Part shown: positions 23,309 to 37,170 of the stretch, piece after piece
How the letters are laid out: the number at the start of each line of letters is the position of its first letter
Position numbering within the stretch: position 1 is the stretch's first letter
From: Pristiophorus japonicus
Lineage: Eukaryota
Direction: 5' to 3'
NCBI RefSeq assembly: GCF_044704955.1
Contig: NW_027254589.1
Coordinates: 62,001 to 126,000, forward strand
Length of the DNA: 64,000 nucleotides
Program-made: the position numbers and the translations under genes
Notes under the pieces: model-generated
The model's database searches: none
What the model saw: the letters and a program-made list of their open reading frames with translations, nothing else
Told to the model about the DNA's origin: nothing

Positions 23309-25409
23309 TACTTGAAATGAAGGCACAGGTTTCACCCACTCAGTGTTTAAGGGGAGAGTGAGAGTGAGAGTGTGGGGCAGTAATAATGTCCAATGAAGCC
23401 TTTTTTCCACAGCCTCAGAGATGTGATCACACAGTCACGGCAATGTTTGCACCGCAAGTTTAACGTTGGTGCATAGCTAAAGTTCCATTGCAAATCCAGT
23501 GTCAGGATTTAACTCCACTCTGGAGTGAGGTGCAGTGAGAGTCAAAGTCCGACATTAATCCAGAGCGCCATTTGGATATCCTGTTAAAGGTGCTATATAA
23601 ATGCAAGTTATTGTTACGCAGACAGGTACAGTGCTCTTTCCTAAACAGGCAGCCAGGAGCCAAGTCATACTTAAAGCCAAACTCCAGCTCCCGTCTCACA
23701 CCAGAAGTTGGTGTAAATGCACGCTGAATGGAATCTGCCAATATAATAATGCTGCTTCCTCTTCTGAGGCACACACGTTGAAATTGGATATTAATAAATT
23801 CAGCACATTGCAAGATCACTGCAGAATATGTATGTCTAACAGGACACGGTTTCGCAATCAGTAACAGAACCCATCAAAAGTCGAACATACTGAAGCAAAC
23901 ATTCACTACTTCCGAACCAAACTGGAACAAGTACCTACCCACAGAAGAGCAGAGGGTCAGAGTGAAAACCAGGAACATTTTACAGATCATTCCAACTGGA
24001 AAGTGTGCCCCTGCAGCCACTAATCTATCAGACACTATAATCTATCAGATAAGCAGATGTTACTTGGTGACACCAGTTACTTGTGACAAATCATCAGGTG
24101 GTACGTAGAGGGAGGAGGGACAGATATCAAAGCAAACAGGCTGACAAGACTTCAGTGATACTAAATGAAAAGGATAATACAATAATTGGGTTGTGCGTAA
24201 GGCAGCTTGGAAGCAAATTCCGAATTCTGGTCTAACTCCTTAACTGCAGTTATTTTCCCAGCTCCTGCTCCCACCAGAGGAACTGAGTGTTTCTACCCAT
24301 TGTCAACAGTACCTTTTACATCTTCCAATCTTCAAAATGTGGTTCCAGGGAAGCCAAACTGATGAAAGAAAGTGATGCAAGGTTTACGAACCAATATAAT
24401 GAATACAGGACAGCTACAAAAGGATAAATAAGAGAGTAACAGAGTTAACTAGCAATAAAAACATAAAGGAAATAAAAAGGCTTCAACAAGCATATTGGGT
24501 AGTGAGCAGGTAGTCAGGGCTACTGAGAGATAGGGGAGACAAAGGTAGTCGTGGGAGGGTGGGAATGAAAGAGATATGACATAAGGCCTTTGTCTCAGCT
24601 TTCATAGAGGAGGTGGTTATTGAGATGTAGAACCAGCAGAGGTGGGGGTTATTATTCACACAGAGATTGGACACAACACACAACTTAAACTTAAGGTAGG
24701 TGGATGGTTTCCATCTCAGGATCTTGAGGGAAATGAGTGAAGAAATACTTCAAATGGGCACCCAGCACAAAGGGGCAGAAGGGGAAGCTCACATTAACGG
24801 TAACGATGGCACCTCTGCTTGGGCCCACATGCCACCTTTGCCCCTATGTCCAGCTGCTTCCATGTTGCATCCTCACTAATTCCATCCTGGCATCTTACCT
24901 GTCCGAGCATCAGCACTGATACGCCCATTAGTGAGGCACTGGACAGTGAGAAGGGTTATCACCAGGCGAACCACTAGTGAGAATGAAGACCGAGGAGTGG
25001 AAGAGAGGATCAGTACCGTTCCACCATGGCAGGAGAAGAAACAACAGTCCTCCCAGGCCAATGATTTGGGAGCATCAGTCTCGTGAGCAGCTGGTGGAGA
25101 CAGTTTCCACGCATGTGGTTGAGAGGATGGACAAGTGGGAGGAGTCCAGCACCAACATCTGCAACAATATTTATTCTTCCTGCACCTCCCAAAAGACTCC
25201 AAAAAGACTGATCAACCTACTCCTCCCCCTTAATACTTTTCTGCTAACTTGACTCCCCAGATTTCGAACCCCTCCCTCCCAAAATGGCGAGCTACCATAT
25301 GATTAATTATAACGTGCCTTCAGCTTGGTGGTTCCATGTAAATGAGGCCTGACCCTGAAAATGAATCCGGCTTCTTACAGCCTACCTCAACAACAACAAC
25401 AACTGGTAT

Positions 25410-25702
25410 TTCTATAGCACCTTTAACACAGTGAAACATCCCAAGGTGCTTCACAGGAGTATTATGAGACAATAAAAATTGACACCAAGCCACATAAGGA
25501 GAAATTAGCGCAGGTGATCAAAAGCTTGTTCAAAGAGGTAGGTTTTAAGGATTGTCTTGAAGGAGGAAAGAGAGGCAGAGAGGTTTAGACAGGGAGTTCT
25601 AGAGCTTAGGGCCCAGGCAACAGAAGGCATGGCCACCAATGGTTGAGTGATTATAATCGGGGATGCTCAAGAGGGCAGAATTAGAGGAACGCAGAGATCT
25701 CG
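25410..25702 (-). mobile_element. L2 3' end
   Basis: (caa)n tail and the same sequence as 11822-12120. Confidence 0.8.
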
Positions 25703-27050
25703 AACAATGACGGACAGGAAAAGACCTCCTGCTCCATCCAGCCTGTCCCACACAATTGTGATACCTTGTGTACTACAATATATACACTCCACCCCACTCA
25801 AAACCATGTGATTTCCTGGGAGAGATGAAAAAACAGAAAGAAACCCAGGCCAAATGAGGGAAAAATGCGGGAAATTCCTCTCCGCCCCCTGCCCCCAGGT
25901 GATCGAAACTAATCCGGGAGATCACGCTGGCCCTGATAATTTCTTGCAGTACCTACCTATTGTATGAGGTGATCTCCACCCCAACCAGAAACAGGTTCAG
26001 CTCTCGCTTGAAGAAATTCACTGAATCCGTGTCCATCGCATGAGCCAGCAGTCTGTTCCAGGGTAGAAACATAGAAAATAGGCGCAGGAGTAGGCCATTC
26101 GGCCCTTCGAGCCTGCACCGCCATTCAATGGCTGATCATTCCCTCAGTACCCCTTTCCTGCTTTCTCTCCATATCCCTTGATCTTCTTAGCCATAAGGGC
26201 CATATCTAACTCCCTCTTGAATATATCCAATGAACGGGCATCAACAACTCTCTACGGCAGGGAATTCCACAGGTTAACAACTCTGAGTGAAGAAGTTTCT
26301 CCTCATCTCAGTCCTAATTGGCCTACCCCTTATCCTAAAACTGTGTCCCCTGGTTCTGGACTTCTCCTACATCGGGAACATTCTACCTGCATCTAACCTG
26401 TCCCGTCTGTTTCTATGAGATTCCCTCTCATCCTTCTAAACCCCAATGTATAAAGGCCCAGTTGATCCAGTCTTTTCTCATACGTCAGTCCTGCCATCCC
26501 AGGAATTAGTCTGATGAACCTTCGCTAAACTCCCTAAATAGCAAGAACGCCCTTCCTCAGATTCGGAGACCAAAACTGAACACAATATTCCAGGTGAGGC
26601 CTCACCAAGGTCCTGTACAACTGCAGTAAGACCTCCCTGCTCAAATACTCAAATCCCCTAGCTATGAAGGCCAGGGTCCGTCCGCTGTTCCCTGGGCAAA
26701 GAACCACCTCCTAACATCTAACCTCGATCTGGCCTTACAAAATTTCACATCGTGACCCCTGGTCCTCCCTAACCTTTGTAATTGGAACAAACTGTCAACT
26801 CGAACATAATCAATTCCCTTCATTATCTTATAAACCTTGATAAGATCAGCCCTAAGTCTTCTCCAATATGTAGAGTCCCAGCTCGTTTAGCCTACCTTGA
26901 TAACTAGGAAACTTTAAACTGGGAACTAGTCAAGTGGCTCTCCTCTGCACCCTTTTCAAAGCCTCAAAATCACCCACCATGTGAGGAGACCAAAACTGAC
27001 ACAGTGTTCCACTGCAGCCTGAGGAAGGTCTCTTACAAGGGTAGAAAGTA
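25703..27050 (-). mobile_element. CR1 3' fragment with a younger nested CR1 fragment (about 26064-26672)
   Basis: Two CR1 3'UTRs with RT C-terminal sequence. The inner one begins tagaaacatagaaaatagg. Confidence 0.8.
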
Positions 27051-27696
27051 TACTCACTATTTTAGGATCTCTCCGCCCATCACCTGCCCGATGAATGCTC
27101 CACTTCAAGATTATCCCTGGGTCTCTAAGTGTAGTAGATCATTTACTATGAAGATAATTCCTCATGTGGGGGGAGGGGGTGAAAATGGGTACCTTTGAAC
27201 CAGGCTGTGAGTGACAGTTTCATTCAATGGTCAGCGGCACCTTTATAATATTTGCTTAATATCAGTCTGGGCTTCAAAGCGAAGGATGGGTATAACTGTT
27301 CCTGAATTTGAAACTTTTGTTCATTGAAACTGATTATTTTTGTCAATTGCACCTCGCTCCTATTTTACTATCAGAATAACATGCCCATGGGAGACGTGCC
27401 AATCGCTGTCTCAGCCTTCACATTTTAACCGAATATGGTTTGCAGAATCAAACGTGGGCCTGAGTTGAGGAAATAGGCTGAGAAATGAGCAGGGGCCAAA
27501 GGAAACACTGTGTAAAGTCTGTGGTTTATGTGCTTAGCTCTCAAGCTTGATCTTTATGTCGTTGGGAACAAGTTTCTCACACATTATTCAGCAGAAGCTT
27601 TTTATTTTTCATTTCACTGATGCAAGTAAATGTCAGAAAAAATTAAACTTTACAAAAACCTCAATATTTGATGCAGCAAAACCACTTAATGTAAGT

Positions 27697-30600
27697 TAAC
27701 AACAAGAACAACTGGTATCTATATAGCACCTTCAACAGGGTACAACGTTCCAAGATGCTTCACAGGAGCATTATAAAGCACAATTTCAACTGAACCACAG
27801 AAAAGCTTAGAAACAGAAATTTACAGCGCAGAAGGAGGACATTCCGTCCCATCGTGTCTGCAGCAGCCGACAAAGAGCCGCACGGCCCTTCGTCAGCAGC
27901 CTAAAGATTACATACAAACCCATGAACAATAACGGAAAGACAAAGAGCACCCAGTCCAACCAGTCCGCCACACAGTACTGCAACACCACTTATACTAAAA
28001 ACATCGACACTCCACCCCAACTGGAGCCATGTGATCTCCTGGGAGAGGCAAAATCCAGATAAAAACCCAGGCCAATTAAGGGAGAAAAAATCTGGGAAAA
28101 TTCCTCTCCGACCCATCCAGGCGATCGAAACTAGTCCAGGACATCACCCTGGCCATTTGTATTCCCTGCAGTACTGACCATTATATCTGCGCCGACCAAC
28201 AAAAGGTCATCTAGTCTAATCCCAATTACCAGCTCTTGGTCCGTAACCCTGCAGGTTACAGCAATTTAAGTGCCCATCCAACCATCTCTTAAAAGTGGTG
28301 AGGGTTTCTGCATCCACCACTCTTCCAGGCATCGAGTTCCAGATCCCCACAACCCTCTGTGTAAAGAAGAACCCTCCCACAAATCCCCTCTAAATCTTCC
28401 ACCAACCACCTTAAACCTCTGCCCCCTCGTATTAGCCCCCTCCATCAATGGAAATAGACCCTTACTATCTACTATCTCCAGCCCCTCAATATTTTGTACA
28501 CCTCGATTAGGTCTCCCCTCAACCCCCTCTGTTCCAATTAGAACAAACCCAGCCTATCCAATCTGTTCTCATAACTGAGATTCTCCATTCCAGGCAGCAT
28601 CCTAGTAAATCTCCTCTGCAACCTCTCTCGTACAATCACGTTCTTCTTATAATACGGCGACCAGAACTGCATGCAGTACTCCAGCTGTGGCCTAACCAAA
28701 GCATTATACAATTAAACATAACCTCCCTGCTCTTATATTCTATGCCTTGGCCAATAAAGGCAAGCATTCTGTATGCCTTCTTAACCACCTTATTCACCTG
28801 ACCTGCTACTTTCAGGGATCTGTGGACAAGCACTCCAAGGTCCCTTTGCCCATCTACATTATTAAGTGGCCTACCGCTTAATGTGTATACCCTTTGCTTA
28901 TTAGCCCTCCCAAAGTGCATCACCTCACACTTCTCTGAATTAAATTCCATTTGCCACTGCTCTGCCTACCTGACCCGTAGATTGATATCCTCCTGCAGCC
29001 CATGACTTTCCTCTTCATTATCAACCACACAGCCAATTTTAGTGTTGTCTGCAAACTTCTTAATCATACTTCCAATATTCAAATCTAAATCGTTGATTTG
29101 TACCACAAAAAGCAAGGGACCCAGTACTGAGCCCTGCGGAACCCCACTACAAATATCCTTCCAGTCACAAGAACATCCATCAATCATTACCCTTTGCTTC
29201 CTACCTCCAAGCCAATTTTGGATCCAACTTGACACTTTGCCTTGGATCCCATGGCCTTTAACCTTCATGACCAGTCTACCTTATCAAAAGCCTTGCTAAT
29301 CGTACGCACTACCCTCATCGACCCTCTTGGTTACCTCCTCAAAAAATTCAATCAGGTTAGTCAAACACGATCTTCCCTTAACAAATCCGTGCTGACTGTC
29401 CCTAATTAATCCTTGCCTATCCAAATGCAGATTTATCCTGTCTTTCAGGATTTTCTCCAATAATTTTCCCACCACTGACGTTAGGCTGACTGGCCTGTAA
29501 TTACTCGGCCTATCACTTTCTCCCTTCTTAAACAAGGGTACTACATTAGCAGTCCTCCAATCCTCTGGCCCATATCCAAAGAGGACTGGAAAATGATGGT
29601 CAAGGCCTCTGCTATTTCCTCTTTTACTTCACTCAACAACCTGAGATGCATTTCATTTGGGCCTGGGGACTTATCTACTTTCAAAGCTGCTAAACCCCTA
29701 AATACTTCCTCTCTCACTATATTCATCCAGAATATCACACTCCTCCTCGATAGCAGTATCTGCATTACCACTTGCCTTTGAGGAAACAGATGGCAAGTAT
29801 TCGTTAAGAACCCTACCAACATCTTCTGCCTCCTCACAGAGATTACCCTCATGGTCTCTAATACCCTTTCCTTAGTTACCCTCTTACTCTTAATATATTT
29901 ATAGAACATCTTAGGGTTTTCCTTAATTTTACTGGCCAAGAATTTCTCGTGCTCTCTCTTAGCATTCCTAATATCCTTTTTAATTTTACCTCTTATCTTT
30001 CTATATTCCTCTAAAGTATTTAGCCATTGATATGTGACATAAGCGTCCCTTTTTTTCTTAATCCTCCCCTGTAAGTCCCTAGACATCCAGGGGGCTCGAG
30101 AATTATTTTTCCCAGCATTTTTCTGTTAGGACACATGTTTGGCCTGAACCTTTCGGATCTCCTCCTTGAATGCCTCCCACTATTCCGGCACCGAGTTACC
30201 CACAAGTAGCTGTTTCCAGTCCACTATAGACAAATCACTCCTTAACTTAGCAAAATTAGCTTTTTCCCAATTAGTAACTTTTATTTCAGGCCTATTCTTG
30301 TCCTTATCCATAACCAACTTGAATCTGACTGAATTATGGTCACTAGCACCCAAATGCTCCCCCACTAATACCCCTTCATCTTGCCCAGCTTCATTCCCCA
30401 AAACCAAATCCAAGCCTGCCCCCTCTCGTGTTGGGCTTGTTGCATACTGACTAAAACATTCTCTTCAATGCATTTCAAGAATTCCGCACCCTCTATACCC
30501 TTCACACTAAATTTGTCCCAATCAATATTTCCATCGTTAAAATCCCCTACTATTACTACCCTATGGTGTTTAGATTTCACAGCCTACATATTTGCTCCTC

Positions 30601-33600
30601 TATCTCCCCCCCACTGTTTGGAGGTCTATAATACACTCCCAGCTGTGTGATCGCCCCTTTTTTATTTTTCAATTCGACCCATATGGCCTCAGTTAATGAT
30701 CCCTCTAACATATCATCCCTCCTTACCGCTGTAATAGTTACTTTAATTTGTACTGCAACCCACCCCGCTCCCCCCCCCCCCTTTTTACCCCCCTCTCTAT
30801 CTTGTCAAAATATCCTGTAGCCAGGATTATTAATCTTCCAAACCTGCCCCTCTTTCAGCAATGTTTCTGTAATGGCTATAATGTCATACTCCCAAGTGTC
30901 TATCTACGCTCTTATCTCATCCGCCTTATTCGCTATACTCCTTGCATTAAAGTATATACCATTCAGCACAGGAAGATCTCCTTGCTTACTACATACTAAG
31001 CCCTGTTTCCTCTGTTTTACAGATTTGCTTTGTAGGTTCTTGCTATCCAACTTCTGCTTTACTTCCTTCCCTTTTGAATTTGTTCTCAGGTTCCCATCCC
31101 CCTGCCAAGCGAGCTTCAGCTCTCCCCAACTACACCAGCAAAACTCTCTGCGAGGTTATTGGTCCCGGCGCTGTTGAGGTGCAACCCGTCCGGTTTGTAC
31201 AGGTCCCATCTCCCCAGAAGCAGTCCCAATGCCTCGACTTTAAAGCCCTCCCTCCTGCACCAATTTTCCAGCATGTGTTCATCCTCTCTATCCTTCTATA
31301 CTTGCACTCATTAGCACGTGGCACTGATCGTAACCCGGAGATAACTACCTTTGAGGCCCTACCCTTGACTCTGGCACCAGGGAGGCATAAAACCATTCGG
31401 GAGTCACGTGTACAGCCGCAGAAACGCCTGTCTGTTCCCCTAACTATAGAATACCCTATCACTAGGAGTTTTTTGTTCTTCGTCCCTCCCCCCTGTGCAG
31501 CTGAGCCAGCTTGGTGCCTTCGTCCTTACCGATACTCAGAATTAAATATTGGTTTGAAAGCGAGATGGACTCATGCCTAGCACACTTACTACGTCTGGTG
31601 GTCACCCACTTCTCTGCCTGCACTCTTGGTCAAAGAGGTAGGATTTAAGGAGCATTTTAAAGGAGGCAAGAGAGGCGGAGAGGCAGAGAGGTATAGGGAG
31701 AGAATTCCAGAGCTTAGGGCTTTGGAAGCTGAAGGCACGGCCGCCAGTGGTTCAGCAATTAAAATCAGGGAAGCTCAACAGGGCAGAATTAGAGGAGCGC
31801 AGACATTTCGGGTTGGGGGCGTGGCGGGGGGGAGGCTGCAATGTGGGGGGGGGCAGTTGTGAGGCTGAAGGAGATTACAGAGATAGGGAGGGACAAGGTC
31901 ATGCAGGGATTTGATAAGAAGGATGAGAATTTTAAAATTGGGGTATTGCTTAAATGATAGCCAATATAGGTCAGAGAGCACAAGGGTGATAGATTAACTA
32001 GATTGAGCGAGTTAGGACAGCAAAGTTTTGGATGACCTCAAATTCACATAGTGTTGAATATGGAAGGCCAGGCAGGAGTACATTGGAATAGTCAAGTCTA
32101 GAGGTAACAAAGACATAGATGAGGGTTTCAGCAGCAAATGAGCTGAGGCTGGGGCAGAGATGGGCGATGTTACGATGTGGAAATAGGTGGTCTTAGTTTT
32201 GGCGCGGATATTTGGTCGGAAGCTCATTTCAGGGTCAAATACGACAGCAAGGTTGCGAACCGTCTGGTTCAACCTCAGACAGAGGTTGGGGAGAGGGATG
32301 GAATCAGTGGCGATGGAATGGAGTTTGTGGCAGGGACCGAAGACAATGGCTTCGGGCTTCTCAATATTTAATTGGAGAAAATCTCTGTTCATCCAGTACA
32401 GGATCGGACAAGCAGTGTGATCATTTAGAGAGAGTGGAGGGGTCGAGACACGTGTAGTGAGGTAGAGCTGGATGTTGTTAGCATACATGTGGAAACTGAT
32501 GCTGTGTTTTTGCCAAAAGGCAGCATGTAGATGAAAAATAGAAGGGGGCCAAGGATAGATCATTAGGGGACACCAGAGGTAACATTGCAGGAGCAGGAAG
32601 AGAAGCCATTGCAGGTGATTCTCTGGCTACGATCAGATAGATAAGAATGGAACCAGGCGAGTGCAGTCCCACCCAGCTGGACGATGGTGGAGAGGTATTG
32701 GAGAAGGATGGAGTGGTGAACCATGTCAAAGGCTGCAGACAAGTCAAGGAGGACAAAGAGCGATAGGTTACCTTTGTCACAGTCACATCGGATTTCATTT
32801 GTGACTTTGATAGCCATTTTGGTTCTGTGGCAGGGGTGAAGACCTGATTGGAGGGATTCAGTATGGAGTTCCAGGAAAGATGGGCACTGATTTGGGAGGC
32901 GACAACATGTTCAAGGACTCTGGAGAGGAAATGGAGGTTGGAGATGGGCTGGCACTTTACAAGGACGGAGGGGACAAGGATTTAATTTTTGAGAGGGGTG
33001 ATGGTGACAGATTTGATGGAGAGGGTGACAGTACCCGAGGAGAGAGAACCATTAACAATGTCAGCTAACATGGGATCCAGAAAAGGAAGTTGTGTGGTCA
33101 GCAGTTTAGTGGGAATGGGTTTGATGGGGCAGCATGTGGCTTATGTGGACTAGATTGGGTCGGAGGGGGCACGAGGGAAGATCAGAGAACAATTAGAGGG
33201 CTGGGCCAGGGAGGATCCTGGTGGGCTAGGGGTAGGGAGGGAAGTGGCAGGGGCAGCTGAATGGATGGTCACAATCTTAGAGACAAAGACGTTCATGAGC
33301 TCCTCACACTTGTTGTTGGAGATGAGGGTGGAGGAGACAGGAGAGAGGGGTTTAAGAAGACGGTTAACAGTAGAGAAAAGAAGCTGGAGGGTTTATCTTT
33401 ACATTGCAAAATGATTCTGGAATAGTGAGCGATTTTGGCAGACCAGAGCAGGACCCGATAGTTGTTTATGTGGTCCAGCCAGATCTGGTGGTGAATGGTG
33501 AAACCAGTTGTCCGCTTTACCCGTTCAAGTCTGCGTACCTTGTACTTAAGGGAGTGAGGATGAGGGCTGTACCATGGGAACGGCCAGGGTGAGAGACAGT

Positions 33601-33720
33601 ACTGGTTTTATTAGGGACTAGGGCACCAAAGGTGGTGGCGAGGTTGTTGTGGAGCAGATCGGTGACTGCAGGAATGTCGTGGTGAATGGAGGGCCAAAGG
33701 CTGGACTGTTGGGATTTTGG
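27697..33720 (-). mobile_element. L2 LINE (3' end at 27697-27805, body at 31626-33720) split by CR1
   Basis: RT motif SLFVLLDLSAAFDMVHHSILL...SGVP; HMYANNIQLYL (degenerate YADD); (aac)n tail. Confidence 0.88.
27808..31625 (-). mobile_element. Near full-length decayed CR1 LINE (ORF1 esterase, endonuclease, RT)
   Basis: ORF1 IGYSIVRGTDRRFC...MVLCLPGARV (SGNH esterase-like, degenerate GDS); VIVGDFN; SDHN; NYRPVSLTS; GVPQGSVLGP. Confidence 0.93.
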
Positions 33721-33914
33721 ACTTGCAGTTGTGAGTTACGAAAGTTTTTTTTCTAAGGCAGACACAAAAGGAAGTAGGTTTGGGGTTGGGGAGGGAGCAG
33801 GATGTGGGGGGAGAGCGATGCAAAGAAGTGGTCAGAAATGGTCCTTTCTGTGATTGAGACGATGGGAGTCGCAAGGCTACATGAGATGGCAAGGACACGT
33901 GTATTGCCTTGAAA

Positions 33915-36500
33915 CTTCTTCAGCAGTCCCTTGGAGTCGAGAATGACTTGCTTCCACACTAATGAGTTCTCAAATGAATGATGAGTCCAATGCGGCTCCT
34001 ACAGTCTCTGTCACAGGTGGGGCAGACGGTGGTTGGAGTGATGGCTGGGTACGGTGCTTGGATTGTCGTGCGCTCCTTCCGCTGTTTGCGCTTGGCTTCC
34101 GCGTGCTCCCGGCGAAGAGGCTCGAGGTGTTCGGCACCTTCCCGGATGCTTCTCCATTTTGAGCTGTCTTGGGCCAGGGATTCCCAGGTGTCGGTGGGGA
34201 TGTTGCACTTTTTCAAGGAGGCTTTGAGGGTGTCCTTGAAGAGTTTCCTCTGCCCATTTGGGACTCGCATGCCGTGTCGGAGCTCTGAGCAGAGCACTTG
34301 TTTTGGGAGTCTAGTGTCGGGCATGTGGACAATGTGGCCTGTCCATCGAAGCTGATCGAGTGTGGTCAATACTTCGATGCTGGGGATATTGGCCTGAGCG
34401 AGAACACTGACGTTGGTGCACCTAGACTGCCAATGGATTTGCAGGATCTTGCGCAGGCAGTGTTGGTGTGGTACTTCTCCAGTGCTTTGAGGTGCCTGCT
34501 GTACATAGTCCATGTCTCTGAAGCATATAGGAGTGCGGGTAGACCATGAGCTTGGTGCCAGGTTTGAGGTCCTGGTCTTCAAGCACTCTCTTCCTCAGGC
34601 GATCGAAGGCTGCACTGGCACACTGAAGGCGGTGTTGGACTTCATCATCGATGTCTGCCCTTGTTGACAGTGGGCTCCCGAGGTATGGAAAATGGTCCAC
34701 GTTGTCCAAGGCCTTGTCATGGATCTTGATAATTGAGGGTTAGTACAGTGTGGCGGAGGCAGCTTGGTCGAGGACCTTTGTCTTACGGGTGTTTAGAGCA
34801 AGGCTCATACTCTCGTACACTTCGGTGAAGGTGTAGTCGATGGTTTGGATTTCGACCTCCGTGTATGCGCAAATGCAAGCGTCGTCTACGTACTGTAATT
34901 CAATGACAGAGGTTGGATGAACATGGAGGCGACGGAGTTTGAACAGTTTCCTGTTTGTTCTGTAGATTAGTTCCACTCCAGCAGGGAACTTATTGAGGGT
35001 GAGATGGAGCATTGTAGCAAGGAAGATGGAGAAGAGCGTTGGTGCAATGACACAGCCTTGCTTGACTCCGGTCCACATGTGCATTGGGTCTGTGGTGGAT
35101 CCATTGGTCACGGCTTGCGTGTCATCGTGAAGCTGGCAGAGGATGGTGACAAACATTTGAGGGCTGATGAATTTGAGGAGGATACTCCATAATCTCTCAC
35201 GGTTGACAGTGTTGAAGGCCTTTGTGAGGTCAAAGAAGGTCATGTACAGAGGTTGATGCTGCTCCCTGCATTTCTCTTGAACTTGACGCGTGGTGAAGAT
35301 CATGTCTATTGTGCCCCTTAGTGGCCGGAATCGCATTGTGACTCTGGGAGAGGCTCTTCAGCCACTGGGAGAAAGCGATTGAAGAGGATACTTGCGATGA
35401 CTTTCCCTGTGGCTCACAGCAGGGAAACTCCTCTGTAATTACCACAATCGGACTTGTCACCTTTTTTGAAGATGGTCACGATTACAGCATCTGAGAGCTC
35501 CAGGCATGCTCTCCTCCTTCCAAATAAGAGAAATGAGTTCATGGATTCGTGCCAATAGTACTTTTCCACCATGCTTTAGTGCTTCAGCGGGGATTCCATC
35601 TGGTCCTGAGACCTTGTTGTTCTTCAGTTGTCGCATGGCCTTTTCAACCTCATGCCGGGCTGGGGTTGTGCTGAGGTGATGGTGGGTAGCATGCTGCAGA
35701 ATGAAGTCGAGGACATTCATGTCAAAGACAGATTCTTGGTTAAGGAGATCTTCGAATTGTTCCTTCCAGCGGGCACTGACTGCCTCTCTGTCCTTAATGA
35801 ATATGTCTCCGTTCTTGGCCCACAAGTGGGTTGGACCTTGGGTGCTTGGGCCATAGGTGGTCTTGACTGCGCTAAAGAATCCACGCATGTCGTGGTTGTG
35901 GGCTACTTGCTGGATCTCCTGCGCTTTTTCCACCCACCATTTGTTCATTCGGTCACGAGTTTTATTTTGGACATCAACCTTCAGACCGATAGAGCTGCTT
36001 TCTTGTTCTTGAGTTATGATGCTCTTTGCAGTTCAAGAATGCCTTGCGTTTGCGACTTATTAGCTCCTGGACCTCCTGGTCGTACTCATCGAACCAGTCT
36101 TGGTGTTTCCTGGTGGAGTGACCGAGTGTCTCTTCACAGGTGCTAATTATGGAGGCCTTGAGGCAGAGGGGTTTAGGGAGGATATTCCAGAGTTTAGGGC
36201 CTAGGCACACAGACTACAGTGGACACTGTGCGTCTCGGGTTCACTGGAAGTCGTCAGGTTGGTTGTGAGATGCTGGCTGAATGGAGCTTTCTTAGCAGGG
36301 TCTTTGAGTACTCCAGCATCAATTTCTGTTGCCACCATTGTTTTGGGGCTACATTGTCCATCCAGCAGTTGTCAGTCCTGTCATGGCGCGGGTGATGCAC
36401 ACGTCCTTGTGGTCCCTCACACAAACAATGATGTAGTCTCGCAGATACCAGTGCTTGGAGCCAGGGTGTTGCCATGAGGCCTTGTACTTTGGGTCGCTGG
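33915..36500 (-). mobile_element. RTE-clade LINE, decayed
   Basis: FRPLRGTIDMIF..RQVQEKCREQ..FFDLTKAFNTV; GVKQGCVIAPTLF; LQYVDD; RLPKQVL..EL; C-terminal CPTCDRDCRSRIGLIIHLRTH zinc finger. Confidence 0.93.
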
Positions 36501-36619
36501 GTTCCCTGATGTAAGGAGAAAATCTATTCGTGGTGTTTGCAGGGCAGGCGTCCCCAGTGGCTGGCATCCTCACCTCATATTCCCTCTTTCTCCCCTGCTG
36601 TACCACCTGAAGCTTTTTT

Positions 36620-37170
36620 AAATCATTCTTTGCAATGTGTGTGTCGCGGCCAAGCCCTGCATTTATTGCCCATCCCCAGTTGCCCTTGAGAAGGTCGTGG
36701 TGGGCTGCCTTGTTGGACCGAAGTAGTCTGTGTGCCTAGGCCCTAAACTCCGGAATATCCTCCCTAAACCCCTCCGCCTCACTACCTCTCTCTCCTCCTC
36801 TGAGACACTCATTGAAACCTACCTGTTTGACCAAACTTTTGGTCACCTGTCCTAATATCTCCTTATGTGGTTCGGTGTCAAATGTTGATAATGCTCCTGT
36901 GAAGCACCTTGGGACATTTTACTACATTAATGGTGCTATGTAAATGCAAGTTGTTGCTTTTCAAGGTACTCCCACCGTGCTTTTAGGGAGGGAGTTCCTG
37001 GATTGTGACCCAGCAACAATGAATATACATCGAAGTCAGGATGGTGTGTGACTGGAGAAATTGGATGTGGTGGTGATCCCATGTCCTTCTAGATGGTGGA
37101 GGTCGTGGGATTCGGAAATGCTGCCGAAGAAGCCTTGGTGAGTTGCTGCAGTCCATGCAGTAGTAAATGT
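36620..37170. mobile_element. LINE 3' fragments: a minus-strand element hosting the 67-bp array, with a plus-strand L2 tail at about 36735-36955
   Basis: The L2 tail matches 20810-20970. The sequence on both sides of the array looks like one interrupted retroposon. Confidence 0.6.
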